This document shows positions 9,547 to 17,859 of a stretch of DNA of 45,449 nucleotides, one piece after another. The notes beneath the pieces are model-generated. The model was not told the DNA's origin. It saw only the letters and a program-made list of their open reading frames with translations, and made no database searches. This DNA is from Candidatus Lachnoclostridium stercoripullorum (lineage in GTDB: Bacteria > Bacillota > Clostridia > Lachnospirales > Lachnospiraceae). Every line of letters begins with the position of its first letter. Positions within the stretch are counted from its first letter, which is position 1. Both the position numbers and the translations under genes were made by a program. The stretch covers positions 1-45,449 of the forward strand of contig DXEU01000149.1 in assembly GCA_019114845.1 (NCBI GenBank), read 5' to 3'.

Positions 9547-11039
9547 GGGAATGTGGAATACTTCTTCCAATTACCAGTATCCCGTCCCCCTACGGGATCG
9601 GCGGATTTTCAAAGGCGGCCTATGACTTTGTGGACTGGCTGCGGGAGGCAGGACAGCAGTACTGGCAGGTGCTGCCCTTCGGCCCCACAGGCTACGGGGA
9701 TTCCCCTTACCAGTCCTTTGGCGCCTTTGCGGGAAATCCCTATTTCATAGACCTGGATACCCTGGCGGAGGAGAAGCTGCTGACCAAGGCGGAGTGCCTG
9801 GAGGCGGACTGCGGGCAGTATCCCGGCTACGTGGACTATGAGCGGATCTACAAGACCCGCTATCAGGTTTTGAGAAAGGCGTTTGCCCGCTGGAAGGCGG
9901 GCGGGTGCAAATCCTCCCAGGATCTTTGCCCGGAGACGGAGGAGTACTGCGTCTACATGGCGGTGAAGGATCATTTCCAGGGGAAGAGCTGGGCGGAGTG
10001 GGAGGATGAGATCCGCCTCAGAGAGCCGGAGGCGATGGCGAAGCTGGAGGTGAAGCTGGAGGAGGATATCCTGTTCTACCGCTTCCTGCAGCTGAAATTT
10101 CAGGAGCAGTGGAAGAAACTCAAGGCCTACGCCAACGGGAAGGGAATCCGCATCATCGGCGATATCCCCATCTATGTGGCCTTCGACAGCGCGGACAGCT
10201 GGTTCCATCCGGAACTGTTCCAGTTCAACGCCGAGAGGGAGCCGGACTTTGTGGCGGGCTGTCCCCCGGACGGCTTCAGCCCCACCGGGCAGCTCTGGGG
10301 CAACCCCCTGTACCGCTGGGACTACCACAAAAAGACGGGATACGACTGGTGGATTCGCCGGATGGCCTACTGCTTTGAACTGTGCGATGTGGTGCGGGTG
10401 GACCATTTCCGGGGATTCGACGAGTATTACGCCATCCCGGCGGAGGACGACACCGCCGCCGGCGGCCACTGGGAGAAGGGACCGGGGCTGGAGCTCTTTG
10501 ACGCCATTGAGAGGAAGCTGGGCAAGCTGGAGATCATCGCGGAGGATCTGGGCTTCTTGACCCCCAGCGTGTTTGAGATGGTGAGAAAGTCCGGTTTCCC
10601 GGGGATGAAGGTGCTGGAGTTCGCCTTCTCCGCCGACGGGCAGAGCATTTACCTGCCCTACCACTACGATGAGAACTGTGTGGTCTACACGGGAACCCAC
10701 GACAACGACACCGTTCAGGGCTGGTATCAGACGATGCCGGAGTGGGACAGAGACTTTTCCGTCCGCTACCTGGGCAACGGCCACACGCCGGAGGAGGAGA
10801 TCCACTGGGATTTCATCCGGGCAGCCCTGGGCAGCCGGGCCAAGCTGGCGGTGATTCCCATGCAGGACTACCTGGGGCTGGGGAGCGAGGCCCGGATCAA
10901 CGAGCCGTCCACCTTGGGGAACAACTGGAAATGGAGACTGCTGCCGGAGAATCTGGACGAGGATCTGGCGGGAAAATGCCGGGATCTGGCCTGGGTATAC
11001 GGGCGGACCGGCGAGGAGGATAAAGAAGAAAGCGTATGA
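9543..11039 (+). CDS. malQ: 4-alpha-glucanotransferase (amylomaltase, GH77)
   Basis: GILLPITS, WQVLP, SPY, GDIPIYV, GQLWGNPLY, RVDHFRGF, IAEDLG, YTGTHDNDT; ATGA overlap with mscS. Confidence 0.97.
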   Translation: MRECGILLPITSIPSPYGIGGFSKAAYDFVDWLREAGQQYWQVLPFGPTGYGDSPYQSFGAFAGNPYFIDLDTLAEEKLLTKAECLEADCGQYPGYVDYERIYKTRYQVLRKAFARWKAGGCKSSQDLCPETEEYCVYMAVKDHFQGKSWAEWEDEIRLREPEAMAKLEVKLEEDILFYRFLQLKFQEQWKKLKAYANGKGIRIIGDIPIYVAFDSADSWFHPELFQFNAEREPDFVAGCPPDGFSPTGQLWGNPLYRWDYHKKTGYDWWIRRMAYCFELCDVVRVDHFRGFDEYYAIPAEDDTAAGGHWEKGPGLELFDAIERKLGKLEIIAEDLGFLTPSVFEMVRKSGFPGMKVLEFAFSADGQSIYLPYHYDENCVVYTGTHDNDTVQGWYQTMPEWDRDFSVRYLGNGHTPEEEIHWDFIRAALGSRAKLAVIPMQDYLGLGSEARINEPSTLGNNWKWRLLPENLDEDLAGKCRDLAWVYGRTGEEDKEESV

Positions 11040-11059
11040 CGAATGTCATACGCTTTCTT
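11026..11059. terminator. Bidirectional hairpin containing the stop codons of two convergent ORFs
   Basis: Perfect 15-bp inverted repeat AAGAAAGCGTATGAC-gaat-GTCATACGCTTTCTT. Confidence 0.75.
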
Positions 11060-11273
11060 TGTCATCGGCCAGAGTCCAGCCGAAATCTCCGTGATAGGTC
11101 ATCCGCCGGGTCATACCGCCATCGATGCAGATGTTTTCCCCGGTGATAAAGCCAGCCTTGTGGGAGCAGAGAAACAGCACCATGTTGGCGATATCCAGCG
11201 GGTTTCCCACCCGCCCGGCGGGCTGCTGGGCGCCTCCGGTCACCGCGGCGATTTTTCCCTTAAATTTCATCAT
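11046..11273 (-). pseudogene. Short-chain dehydrogenase/reductase remnant with a large in-frame internal deletion
   Basis: The SDR N-terminus (FKGKIAAVTGGA) is joined directly to the SDR C-terminus (QQPAGRVGNPLDIANMVLFLCS..AGFITGENICIDGG). The rest of the Gly loop, NNAG and the YxxxK catalytic motif are missing. Confidence 0.85.
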
Positions 11274-12051
11274 TCTCTGCGTCCTCTGCGGGATCTTCCT
11301 CCGTGGCTTCCGCCTCCGGGGACTCCTCCTCTGCGGGTTCCGCCGCAGCCGTCTCCTCGGGCTGCTCGCTGGCGAGAATGGAGGTCTCCGTTCCCTCGAT
11401 GCTGTTCAGCACCTCCTTGTCCCCGTCCTTGTGGGAGGTGAAGGTCACCTGCACCTCGTTGCCGGTGAAGTCCCGGGCGTGGAGGGTGAGGCCGTGGGAG
11501 TCCATGTCAAATTTGACCTCCCCGGCGGATCGGTCCTCCGAGAGGGGAAACACCTGATCCTCCTGAGAGTCCACCGCATAGACACTCTCAAAATCCACCC
11601 CGGACTGGGTGTCCGCCAGGGTGATGGTGATGACGCCCTCATCGTCCAGCGTGTACTCCGTGATGGCGGGGGCGGTGTCGTCCAGGATGTTGATGTGGGC
11701 GAATTCCGCGGCGGACATGCCGTTGAAATTCTGGACGGAGACTTCCAGGACCCCGTTGGAGTCGATGGGGACGGAGTAGGTCTTGCTGCCAAGCTTCTCC
11801 GCGTTCACCGCCTCCCCGTCCTTGGCGATCACCAGATTCTTGGTGGGAAAGAGGGAGCGGATCCGCACGGTGGCCGTGGTGGTGAGGTAGTCCTCCGTGT
11901 CCCCCACGGTGATCTCCACCTTCGGTTTCGCTGTGAACAGGTAAAAAATGATGCTGTTTATCACAATAAACGGAAGAACGTAGAAAAGGAGAACGGTGCG
12001 CAGGTCTCCCGAATCAGTCTTCCTTCTTCTGCGAGTTCTGGTTTGCTTCAT
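11260..12051 (-). CDS. Hypothetical single-pass membrane protein (basic N-terminus, beta-rich extracellular part, acidic tail)
   Basis: CAGGAGG RBS before ATG 12051; MKQTRTRRRRK, then one TM helix, an Ig-like beta pattern (DDTAPAIT...DTQSGVD) and an E/A-rich tail. Confidence 0.8.
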   Translation of the reverse strand: MKQTRTRRRRKTDSGDLRTVLLFYVLPFIVINSIIFYLFTAKPKVEITVGDTEDYLTTTATVRIRSLFPTKNLVIAKDGEAVNAEKLGSKTYSVPIDSNGVLEVSVQNFNGMSAAEFAHINILDDTAPAITEYTLDDEGVITITLADTQSGVDFESVYAVDSQEDQVFPLSEDRSAGEVKFDMDSHGLTLHARDFTGNEVQVTFTSHKDGDKEVLNSIEGTETSILASEQPEETAAAEPAEEESPEAEATEEDPAEDAENDEI

Positions 12052-12255
12052 ATGATGACGCCTCCTGATGATCAATATAGTGTTGGTGCAGTCTTTCTGG
12101 AAAAGTTCTGACCTATAGCATATCAGAAAATTCATGGTCTTACAAGTTTTAACTTCTAAATTCCCGCCGTCTGTGCTATGATTAAGGTAATAGAAAGAAT
12201 TATGAAAAAATCGTAAGAAAAAAGAGCGTTTTGGCCGTCGGCCGGAGAGGCAGAT

Positions 12256-12813
12256 ATGATAAGAGAAGCTGTGGAATTTGCGGTGGAAGCCCATAAGGGA
12301 GCTGTGAGAAAGGGGACGCAGACCCCCTATATTGTGCATCCTTTGGAGGCTGCCGTGATTGTGGGCAGCATGACGGAGGACCAGGAGCTAGTCGCGGCGG
12401 CCATTCTCCACGATGTCCTCGAGGACACGGACGCGAGGGAGGAGGATCTGCGGCAGCGCTTCGGCGACCGCGTGGCGGATCTCGTGGTGGAGGAGACGGA
12501 CGACAAGACGCTCTCCTGGCTGGAGAGAAAGAAGGGAAAGCTGGAGCGGGTGGCGAGGGGATCCCGGGATCTGAAGATGGTGGTGCTGGGGGACAAGCTG
12601 AGCAATATCCGGTCCATCGCCAGGGATTACCTGACCCTGGGGGAGAAGCTCTGGGACCGCTTCAACGAAAAGCGGAGGGACGTCCAGGCCTGGTATTACT
12701 GGGGGATGGCGGACTGCCTGGCGGAGCTGGCCCCCTGCGAGCCGTACCAGGAGTATGTGAGCCTCTGCCGCCAGGTTTTTGGGGAGAGAGATCCCCGGTG
12801 GGGAGAGAAATAG
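12256..12813 (+). CDS. Stand-alone HD-domain protein of the RelA/SpoT hydrolase (small alarmone hydrolase/Mesh1-like) family
   Basis: AHKGAVRKGTQTPYIVHP, AAILHDVLEDT, ETDDK, DKLSN motifs; no synthetase domain. Confidence 0.85.
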   Translation: MIREAVEFAVEAHKGAVRKGTQTPYIVHPLEAAVIVGSMTEDQELVAAAILHDVLEDTDAREEDLRQRFGDRVADLVVEETDDKTLSWLERKKGKLERVARGSRDLKMVVLGDKLSNIRSIARDYLTLGEKLWDRFNEKRRDVQAWYYWGMADCLAELAPCEPYQEYVSLCRQVFGERDPRWGEK

Positions 12814-12845
12814 CGGAGAAATGCCTTGTGCGTTTCTCCGTTTTT
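12814..12845 (+). terminator. Rho-independent terminator after the HD gene
   Basis: CGGAGAAATGC-cttgt-GCGTTTCTCCG followed by TTTTT. Confidence 0.75.
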
Positions 12846-12854
12846 CAGTATAAT
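12826..12854 (+). promoter_or_regulatory. Putative sigma-A promoter overlapping the terminator
   Basis: TTGTGC-17 bp-TATAAT. Confidence 0.55.
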
Positions 12855-12871
12855 GATAGAAGCCTGTCTGA

Positions 12872-12934
12872 ATTTCAATGAGGCCGCCCATGTCAGGCGG
12901 CAGATTTCACGAGGCCGCCGGTTCTGGGCGGCAG
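12872..12934. repeat. Two tandem imperfect hairpin repeats (ATTTCA..GAGGCCGCC-N-GGCGGCAG)
   Basis: Units at 12872-12903 and 12904-12934. Confidence 0.7.
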
Positions 12935-12961
12935 ATTCCAGGAGATTAAAAATAGAATAGA

Positions 12962-12996
12962 GACAATTTCACAGGATAGGGGACAATTTCACAGGA
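12962..12996. repeat. 15-bp direct repeat GACAATTTCACAGGA, 20-bp period
   Basis: Exact copies at 12962-12976 and 12982-12996. Confidence 0.8.
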
Positions 12997-13056
12997 GCCT
13001 ATGAGGGCCGCAGTGCGGTCTGACCGCCTCTTTTCCGCCGGGAAAGGAGAGAGAAA

Positions 13057-13773
13057 ATGAAAAGACGATTGGCAATCTGTGTGCTGGCCGCCCTTTGGCT
13101 GGGCGGGGCACAGGTTTACGGGGAAGAGTATGTGGAAGACAGCCGGACGGTGATCTACCGCCAGGTGGAGGGCGCCTCCAGGATTCCGGAGGAGCTCTCT
13201 GTGGACGGCGGCGAGACCTACCGGCTGGAGGAGAGAGAGATTTTTGACGAGCGGTGGGAGGATGGATTTTCCTTCCCCGTGATTTTTAGAAACTATGGGG
13301 CGGATGTGTACTATTTAAATGGGACGGCGGTGAAGGGCGGGGAGGAACCGTTCCAGGAGGAGTGCGGGGACCTGCTCTTAGGGGCCATCGGCCAGAGCCG
13401 GGAGAATTATCTGGTGGAGGGCGTGGCCTGGGACGGGGAGAGCTATGTGGATGAGAGCGGAGTTCCGTGCCGGAGAGCCCTGGCGGTGGGAAAAAAGCGG
13501 GTGTGGAGCGAGCGGACGGTCTACTGGGGGCGAAGGCTGGCTCAGGAGGAGCCGGAGACGGAGGCCCAGGTGATCGTCCTGGGAAGCCCCATGGAGGACA
13601 TTTTCCTGCCTGCGGAGGCGGCGGGGGAGGAAGGGGAAAAGCTGGCTCTGCTGGTCCGGGCCGCGGTGGCTGTCCTGTCCCTGGGGATCCTGCTCCTGCT
13701 CGCTGCAGGGGCGGTGTGCTGGGTGAGAGAGAGAAAGAGAGAGAAGGAGGAGCGGCGGGGGAGAGAGGCGTAG
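13057..13773 (+). CDS. Hypothetical secreted protein with C-terminal membrane anchor
   Basis: GAAAGGAG RBS; Sec signal peptide (MKRRLAICVLAALWLGGAQVYG); C-terminal hydrophobic helix followed by a charged tail. Confidence 0.75.
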   Translation: MKRRLAICVLAALWLGGAQVYGEEYVEDSRTVIYRQVEGASRIPEELSVDGGETYRLEEREIFDERWEDGFSFPVIFRNYGADVYYLNGTAVKGGEEPFQEECGDLLLGAIGQSRENYLVEGVAWDGESYVDESGVPCRRALAVGKKRVWSERTVYWGRRLAQEEPETEAQVIVLGSPMEDIFLPAEAAGEEGEKLALLVRAAVAVLSLGILLLLAAGAVCWVRERKREKEERRGREA

Positions 13774-13791
13774 CCGTCTGCGGCGGCGGGC

Positions 13792-13869
13792 AGGCCGCCG
13801 GCCAAGGAGGGCACCGGCGGCAGTCTAGGCCCGCCGGCCGTGGAGAGCCTCGGCGGCAGCTTAGGCCGC
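13792..13869. repeat. Tandem ~35-bp GC-rich hairpin repeats between convergent genes
   Basis: AGGCCGCCGGCC...CGGCGGCAG units at 13792-13826 and 13827-13862, plus a partial third. Confidence 0.7.
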
Positions 13870-14688
13870 AGGAGGTGCGTCAGGCACCTGTCTGCCCTCG
13901 TGGTCGATGTGATAATTGTCCCGGTAGATGAGCTGGGAGATGGGAACAAGCTCATAACCCGCGTCCTTTAAGCCGGTGATCACGGCGTCCAGGGCGGCGG
14001 GGGTGTATTTCGCTCCGTTGTGCATGAGGATGATGCTGCCGTTGCCCAGGTGTTTGTGGTCCAGGATGGTGCGCACGATGGAGTCGGCCCCGTAGTCCTT
14101 CCAGTCCAGGGAGTCCACATCCCACTGCACCGGGTAGTATCCCATGTCCCTGGAGACGGTGACCACCTGATCGTCGTAATCCCCGTAGGGCGGGCGGAAA
14201 AGGGTCATCTCCTGGCCGGTGAGGGCTTTCACCTGGTCGTGGACCTGCGCAAGCTCCCGGCGGATTTCCTCGTCGGAGAGCTGGCTCATATTTTTGTGGT
14301 TCTGGCTGTGGTTGCCCAGGTCGTGCCCCTGGGAGGCGATGTATTTGACGTCCTCCGGGTATTTTTCCACCCAGCTTCCGGTCATGAAAAATGTGACCTT
14401 CACCTGGTGCTTTGCCAGGATATCCATGATCTGGGCGGTGTCCTCATTTCCCCAGGCGGCGTCGAAGGAGAGGGCGACCTGGGGCTTTTCCGTCTGCACG
14501 CAGTAGATGGGGAGCTGGCGCTTCCCGGCCAGGTGGTTGGCGGAGCCGGATGCCCGGAAAATGCTCATGGAATTTACGGTGAGGGCCATCTGGCCCTGCT
14601 CGTAGAAGGTCAAAGCGGCTCCCATGGCCAGAAAGACGACGGCCATCCAGAAGAGAATGTTTTCAGACAGGCGATGCTTCAGTTTCAT
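13861..14688 (-). CDS. Polysaccharide deacetylase (CE4/NodB, PdaB-like sporulation type)
   Basis: N-terminal TM; SFDAAWG, TFFMTG, GNHSQNH, FRPPYG, WDVDSLDW, IILMHN motifs. Confidence 0.92.
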   Translation of the reverse strand: MKLKHRLSENILFWMAVVFLAMGAALTFYEQGQMALTVNSMSIFRASGSANHLAGKRQLPIYCVQTEKPQVALSFDAAWGNEDTAQIMDILAKHQVKVTFFMTGSWVEKYPEDVKYIASQGHDLGNHSQNHKNMSQLSDEEIRRELAQVHDQVKALTGQEMTLFRPPYGDYDDQVVTVSRDMGYYPVQWDVDSLDWKDYGADSIVRTILDHKHLGNGSIILMHNGAKYTPAALDAVITGLKDAGYELVPISQLIYRDNYHIDHEGRQVPDAPPAA

Positions 14689-14799
14689 AGAGAGGATCTC
14701 CGGACAGGGATTTGTATACAGTCTATGAGGGGGGAGCGGGGGATATGAATGGGAGGCGAAACAGAGTGCGCGGAGAGGGGAAAGAGGCCAACTTGCCGG

Positions 14800-14828
14800 T
14801 TGACAATTCATGGGAAATGGCGTAAAAT
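14800..14828 (+). promoter_or_regulatory. Sigma-A promoter of the proS leader
   Basis: TTGACA-17 bp-TAAAAT. Confidence 0.85.
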
Positions 14829-14837
14829 CAACCTGAA

Positions 14838-15095
14838 TATGCCAAAGACGATGAAGAGGAACAGTAGGTTTTCACACATTCCAGAGAGGACGCCGCCGGT
14901 GGAAGGCGTCCATGTCCCTGACTGCCGAACCGGCCTCGGAGTCCCGCATGATGAATGCGGCGCAGCCGGCGTTAACGGATGATGAAGTGAGCGGAGAATG
15001 GAAGGCCTGGGGCCTCGCCTGACTTCGTTAAAATGGGTGGTACCGCCGGGCGCTCCGGTCCCTTTTTGAGAGAGGGATCGGGGCGCTCTTTTTTT
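14838..15095 (+). ncRNA. T-box riboswitch (Pro) upstream of proS
   Basis: Stem I features (AGTA, AGAGAG), putative specifier GAA-CCG at 14927-14932, T-box AATGGGTGGTACCGC at ~15032-15046, terminator GGGCGCTCCGGTCCCT...AGGGATCGGGGCGCTC plus T7. Confidence 0.92.
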
Positions 15096-15137
15096 GCGCT
15101 GCCCCCGTTTTCAGTTCAATTTGAAAGGAGATTGATT

Positions 15138-16571
15138 ATGGCAAAGGACAAGAAATTAGTGGAAGCCATCACATCCATGGACGTGGATTTCGCCCAGTGG
15201 TACACGGATGTGGTGAAGAAGGCGGAGCTGATCGACTATTCCAGCGTAAAGGGCTGTATGGTGATCAAGCCGGACGGCTACGCCATCTGGGAGAACATCC
15301 AGAAGGAGCTGGACAAGCGGTTCAAGGAGACGGGAGTGCAGAACTTGTACATGCCCATGTTCATCCCGGAGAGCCTGCTGGAGAAGGAGAAGGACCATGT
15401 GGAGGGATTTGCCCCCGAGGTGGCCTGGGTGACCCACGGCGGCCTGGAGCCCCTTCAGGAGAGACTGTGCGTCCGCCCCACCTCGGAGACCCTGTTCTGT
15501 GATTTCTACGCCAGGGATATCCACTCCTACCGGGATCTGCCCAAGCTCTACAACCAGTGGTGTTCCGTGGTGCGCTGGGAGAAGACCACCAGGCCTTTCC
15601 TCCGCTCCAGAGAGTTCTTGTGGCAGGAGGGCCACACTGCCCACGCCACCGCGGAGGAGGCGGAGGAGAGAACCATCCAGATGCTCAATCTGTATGCGGA
15701 CTTCTGCGAGCAGGTGCTGGCCATGCCGGTGATCCGGGGTCGGAAGACGGACAAGGAGAAATTTGCCGGCGCGGAGGCGACCTATACCATCGAGGCCCTG
15801 ATGCACGACGGAAAGGCTCTGCAGTCTGGAACCAGCCACAACTTCGGGGACGGCTTCGCCAAGGCCTTTGACATCCAGTTCTCCGACAAGGACAACAAGT
15901 TAAAATATGTGCACCAGACCTCCTGGGGCATGACCACCCGCCTCATCGGCGCCATCATCATGGTGCACGGCGACGACAACGGCCTGGTGCTGCCGCCGGC
16001 CATCGCCCCCACCCAGGTGGTGATCGTGCCCGTTCAGCAGCAGAAGGCGGGCGTCCTGGACAAGGCCTACGAGCTGAGGGATGTGCTCTCCAACTTCCGG
16101 GTGAAGGTGGACGATTCCGACAAGAGTCCGGGCTGGAAGTTCAGCGAGTCCGAGATGAGAGGAATTCCGGTCCGCGTGGAGATCGGCCCCAGAGACATCG
16201 AGAACGGACAGGCAGTGCTGGTGCGCAGGGACACCCACGAGAAGACCACCGTGGCCCTCTCCCAGCTGGATGTGAAGGTGGGAGAGCTGCTGGATGAGAT
16301 CCAGAAGCATCTGTTTGAGAAGGCCAAGGCCCACCGGGATGCCCACACCTACACGGCCACCACTTTCGAGGAGTTTGAGAAGACGGTAAATGAGAAGCCC
16401 GGATTCATCAAGGCCATGTGGTGCGGCTGCCAGGAGTGTGAGGACAAGATCAAGGAGCTGACGGGGGCCACCTCCCGCTGCATGCCCTTCAAGCAGGAGC
16501 AGATTTCCGACAAGTGCGTCTGCTGCGGCAAGCCGGCCACCAAGATGGTGTACTGGGGACGGGCGTATTGA
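15138..16571 (+). CDS. proS: Proline--tRNA ligase (archaeal/eukaryote-like type)
   Basis: GAAAGGAG RBS; [49 protein letters not shown]-terminal Zn-binding Cys pairs and terminal GRAY. Confidence 0.98.
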   Translation: MAKDKKLVEAITSMDVDFAQWYTDVVKKAELIDYSSVKGCMVIKPDGYAIWENIQKELDKRFKETGVQNLYMPMFIPESLLEKEKDHVEGFAPEVAWVTHGGLEPLQERLCVRPTSETLFCDFYARDIHSYRDLPKLYNQWCSVVRWEKTTRPFLRSREFLWQEGHTAHATAEEAEERTIQMLNLYADFCEQVLAMPVIRGRKTDKEKFAGAEATYTIEALMHDGKALQSGTSHNFGDGFAKAFDIQFSDKDNKLKYVHQTSWGMTTRLIGAIIMVHGDDNGLVLPPAIAPTQVVIVPVQQQKAGVLDKAYELRDVLSNFRVKVDDSDKSPGWKFSESEMRGIPVRVEIGPRDIENGQAVLVRRDTHEKTTVALSQLDVKVGELLDEIQKHLFEKAKAHRDAHTYTATTFEEFEKTVNEKPGFIKAMWCGCQECEDKIKELTGATSRCMPFKQEQISDKCVCCGKPATKMVYWGRAY

Positions 16572-16585
16572 TCGGAGGAGCGGAT

Positions 16586-17776
16586 ATGAGAATTCCCCGC
16601 GAGGTGGAGAAGATTATTGAGACCCTGGAGGCGGGGGGCTTTGAGGCCTACGCCGTGGGGGGCTGCGTGCGGGACACGCTCCTTGGGCGGGAGCCGGAGG
16701 ACTGGGACATCACCACCTCCGCCCGCCCGGAGCAGGTAAAGCGCCTGTTTCGGCGCACCATCGACACCGGGATCCAGCACGGGACGGTGACGGTCCTGGA
16801 GAACCACAGAGGCTTTGAGGTGACCACTTACCGCATCGACGGGGAGTACGAGGACGGCCGCCACCCCAACAACGTGGAGTTCACCGCCAGCCTGACGGAG
16901 GATTTGAAGCGGAGGGATTTCACCATCAACGCCATGGCCTACAGCAAGAAGACGGGGATCGTGGACGAATTCGGCGGCGTGGAGGATCTGGAGCGGGGGA
17001 TCATCCGCTGCGTGGGGACGGCTAAGGAGCGCTTCACGGAGGACGCCCTGCGGATCCTCCGGGCCATCCGCTTTTCCGCCCAGCTGGGGTTTGACATAGA
17101 GGAGCGGACTCTGGAGGCTGTGAGAGAGATCGCCCCCAACCTGGTCCATGTGAGCAAGGAGCGGATCCAGGTGGAGCTGACCAAGCTGCTGAAATCTCCC
17201 CATCCGGAGCGAATGCACCTGGTGTTTGACACCGGGATCGCTCCCTATGTGAGCGCCCACTTCGCGGAGGCGGGAAATCCCGGCGAAGGCGGGGCCAAAA
17301 ACTGGCTGACGGCGGAGTTTGAGGCGGAGAAATCTGTGCGCTGGGCCGCCTTCCTGCGCGCCCTGGAATCCCCCGGGGCCTGCAGAATTTTGAAGGAGTT
17401 AAAGCTGGACAACGACACCATCTCCCGGGTGCGTCTGCTGGCGGAAAACTGGCGCCGGCCTCTCCCCGCAGAGAAATACGAGCTGCGGAAGGCCATGAGC
17501 CGGATGGACGGGGAGATGTTTGACTGCCTCCTTGGGTTCCGAGAGACGGCTGGGACGGACAGCCCTGCCCAGGCGGAGAGGCTCCAGGAGCTGACGGGGG
17601 AGATTCGCCGGGCCGGAGACTGCATCTCCTTAAAGGAGCTGGCTGTGACGGGGAGGGACCTGATCGACGCCGGTGTGAAGCCGGGGCCGGAGATCGGGGA
17701 GTGCTTGAACCGCATGCTGGAGGAGGTTCTGCGCTGCCCGGAACACAACACAAAAGAATATCTGCTCAGATTCTAA
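16586..17776 (+). CDS. cca: CCA-adding tRNA nucleotidyltransferase
   Basis: VGGCVRD, DWDITT, EVTTYR, DLKRRDFTINAMA, EDALRILRAIRF, ERI motifs; GGAGGAG RBS. Confidence 0.95.
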   Translation: MRIPREVEKIIETLEAGGFEAYAVGGCVRDTLLGREPEDWDITTSARPEQVKRLFRRTIDTGIQHGTVTVLENHRGFEVTTYRIDGEYEDGRHPNNVEFTASLTEDLKRRDFTINAMAYSKKTGIVDEFGGVEDLERGIIRCVGTAKERFTEDALRILRAIRFSAQLGFDIEERTLEAVREIAPNLVHVSKERIQVELTKLLKSPHPERMHLVFDTGIAPYVSAHFAEAGNPGEGGAKNWLTAEFEAEKSVRWAAFLRALESPGACRILKELKLDNDTISRVRLLAENWRRPLPAEKYELRKAMSRMDGEMFDCLLGFRETAGTDSPAQAERLQELTGEIRRAGDCISLKELAVTGRDLIDAGVKPGPEIGECLNRMLEEVLRCPEHNTKEYLLRF

Positions 17777-17859
17777 AACAGGCGGCCCCTTCATATTCTG
17801 GAAGTAGCCGGGCGGGGGACTCCCGCCCCAGAAAACGAAAGGAAATGGGAGGGGCAGCC

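Noticed and set aside
12872-12934. Resemblance of TTTCAATGAGGCCGCC...GGCGG to type I-G/I-U CRISPR repeats
   Set aside because: Only two divergent adjacent units, with no spacer and no cas genes; kept only as a hairpin repeat.
12962-12996. Similarity to the lac operator/leader (ACAATTTCACACAGGA), suggesting vector contamination
   Set aside because: The match is short and imperfect, lacks the GTGAGCGGATA core and has native-looking flanks.
15033-15137. N-terminal extension of ProS
   Set aside because: It lies within the T-box antiterminator/terminator; the true start is 15138 with a GAAAGGAG RBS.
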